DNA of 53,965 nt, filler included, from Circinaria calcarea (Eukaryota), in NCBI GenBank assembly GCA_051942165.1. It is 2 parts of 2 records of this genome, joined end to end, with 100 filler letters (N's around TTAATTAATTAA, not from the genome) between each part and the next. Parts side by side here need not be neighbours in the genome. Positions count along the whole stretch, not along the records: positions 27,044 to 53,965 come from JAVECS010000073.1; 1 more part is not named here. One strand, 5' to 3'. A program made the position numbers and the translations under genes. The notes beneath the pieces are model-generated. The model saw only the letters and a program-made list of their open reading frames with translations. It had not been told where the DNA came from and searched no databases. Below, one piece after another: positions 51,690-53,965 of the stretch; within the stretch, counting starts at the first letter, position 1; the number at the start of each line of letters is the position of its first letter.

Positions 51690-52486
51690 TTACACTCGAG
51701 ACCTCAGCCGTCCTGGGCTAGTCTCCCAGATATATATATCATCCAACTCCGCCGGTAAACCAGTGGGATCCTGCCTGGTCAAGCGTCTGCCGCGCTTTAG
51801 TTCTGCAAAGTAATACGAGTACTCCGCGCCTTCCCTTTTCAAAAAGGCTTCCACCCTGCTGGAACCCGCCTCCCACGCAACATCAAGTGCGCTTAGGCCA
51901 TCGTCCCCTAGGAAATCTTGATTCGCACCAGCCTCTAAGAGGAGTTTGGCCACTCGCAGGTCGTCGTTGGGAGCGGCAAGGCGCAAGGCCGTGGACCTTT
52001 AATCCCTATCGATCAGTTCAAAGGTATCGGGATGTGTCCTTTGGCCTTGGCTTCCCAGGTCCTTTCCTCGGAGCATCATTCTGGCTAAGTGGATCTCGAG
52101 ATTATCGGTTACATCCTTGAATAATACTAGGAATCTCTTGCTTTGATCAGTATGCGGGAATAGAAGGGCGAAATCCTCCCGGGCGACCAAAGCCTTGAGA
52201 TTGATGCTCATCCAGAGGCCAAAGCAATCCCAGATGCAGACGATAAATCTATCGGCACGGTCGAGCACGCTTTAATCGCAAAGCGGGCATTCCTTTCTTT
52301 CCCCGACGTTACACAGATAGCTTCGATACAGCCCTTGTGGAAACGATGATTGCAGAGCAGCTTAACCTCGTCGGTGTTGCGTATTAGAGTATGCGGATCC
52401 CATGAGGCTGGAATGATGAGAGGACCTTGGCACAATTCGCAAGTGGCGACCAGAGGCGGTTGGTTGAAGTCAAAAAGGTAACTCAT
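51690..52486 (-). pseudogene. Frameshifted RING-finger plus ankyrin-repeat gene
   Basis: CELC..CNHRFHKGC in one frame; the final ECPLCD* lies in another frame. An ankyrin repeat (LRLAA..VAKLLLEAGAN..GLSALDVA) follows in a further ORF segment. Confidence 0.6.
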
Positions 52487-53965
52487 TGCAGATGGCGGCA
52501 GGTCTGGTTATGTTATTGAGGGCGATTAGTAGACGTGGCCCTTTGGCGGAGAAAAAAGGGACCTACACGCTCAGATTGTCTCCGTCAACCAACAAGTGCA
52601 GGGGAAAGATGGCCAAATTGCTTGATCATAGCAATACGGTCAATCAGTAGATGCTCTCGATCATCCAAGGACAGATCCGACATGGAGATGAGTACCGCAC
52701 AGTATTTACGTCCACCCGCACTTTCCTTTTTCGAGACGGCGTACCCATCATTCAGGACTCGGAACCATCTTTAGAGGGCCAGACCTGACTCCCCATTTGT
52801 AAGAAAATAAAGAAAGCGTGGCCATGCACAACAAACATGATCCAATGACATGTTTACGTTGATTGAAACCAAAAGATTGTATCAAGGGACAGAGGAGATG
52901 GCTTCCAGAGGTCATGAAGCTCCTCTATCAACGATTCTTTAGAGCTCTATGAGTCAGAGGAACAAAGGCAGACTTGGGCAAATGAGAGAATTCAAGTACT
53001 TAAGCCTCGAGGTGATGCACAACCCGGTTTTTGAAATGAGAAAACATTGGAATGGAACGACAGTTGGTAGCGACGAGGTGCGATTCGCTTCACCTCCAGC
53101 AATACCGGTACATAATCAATAGAAGAAACTCGGTGGCTGAGAGTGGATTTGGTTATGAGTGCGGGTAACGGAGTATTACTGTGGTCGGAAGGGAAAATAG
53201 CGTTAGCTCGGCTCTAAAATCACTTAATTTTATGATTATTTGACCGATCTTACAAACTGCATATGCCACGCTAAGGCTATTCTCCCTTCCGACCACAGTA
53301 TGCGCTGACAGCTGCTGTCATCCTTTTCGTCTTTTCGAATATCACTCTATGTGACACGAGCACCTGCATCTATACCATGGAGGGGTTAAGAAGAAGTGGC
53401 AGCGATCAAAGTAACACGGTCATCTGCTCGACACTTTACGGCCATAAGCACGGACCAAAACACCCGGTTGCTACGCCCCCCGCTACCATTTACCACATCG
53501 GTCCTAATCCGAAATAAAAAAAGCTCGAAGCCAAGAGGTTAGCTGCCTTAGTGCTGTTCAGCCACGCGACTAATAATAATGATCAAAGATGGTCAGCACG
53601 GGAAGATGGAAAAACGTGTTGCCCGTCGCAGAATACAGTAAGGGCTCGGGCTGCTCCGCGCGCGATCGTTTCCGGGGTGTCGGGTTGAAAGGCTGGAAGG
53701 ATTCTGGCAGTCAAGCAACAAGACCTTTTTCTTCCTTGGCGACCACGCGCTGATGATACCACTAATACGAGCCGGTCATCTCCATATGCTGCGCTGCACT
53801 GCACCAAAACATATGGCAAGGTATGGGGAGCCAAGACGGCCTAGCGTCCCAGTTGGAGCTTCTTCGGGATGGTGTGATGGTGTGACAGTGTGAAGGGCTG
53901 ACTGATGGCACCTCGAGTATCCCGAAATGCCAATGTAGATTCCCCCCCGGTCCCAAGTCCCCGCC

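Noticed and set aside
52500..53965. Possible transposon or gene in the terminal region
   Set aside because: No terminal repeats, transposase/RT motifs or spliceable coding model recognised.

Overview
Intron-rich nuclear DNA of a filamentous ascomycete (Pezizomycotina; Lecanoromycetes-like by inference only). It has short GT-AG introns with CTAAC/CTGAC branch points. About 20 mostly housekeeping genes are present: the 3' end of allantoicase, LTE1 RasGEF, a CIR_N protein, SEC18/NSF, KXD1, a TBC Rab-GAP, a Q-rich protein, USO1, the 3' end of an Xaa-Pro aminopeptidase, a saccharopine-dehydrogenase-like oxidoreductase, RPL43, a RING/PHD protein, a Sororin-like protein, PRO1, ATP23, Aurora/IPL1, TIP41, CBP3 and LTA4H. 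There is an artificial N-linker at 26944-27043 and two frameshifted relic genes at about 50.9-52.5 kb. The most interesting signal is an ORF-free ~1.9 kb stretch (~28470-30395) with many nested long-range helices whose G-U pairs favour a + strand RNA. It contains a template-like direct repeat (CATGTTTT-ACCCT-CATGTTTT) directly behind a boundary-like hairpin. This makes it a candidate telomerase RNA predicting an unusual 13-nt telomere repeat (TGAGGGTAAAACA)n; otherwise it is an unknown large structured RNA. All helices were found by eye, not computed.
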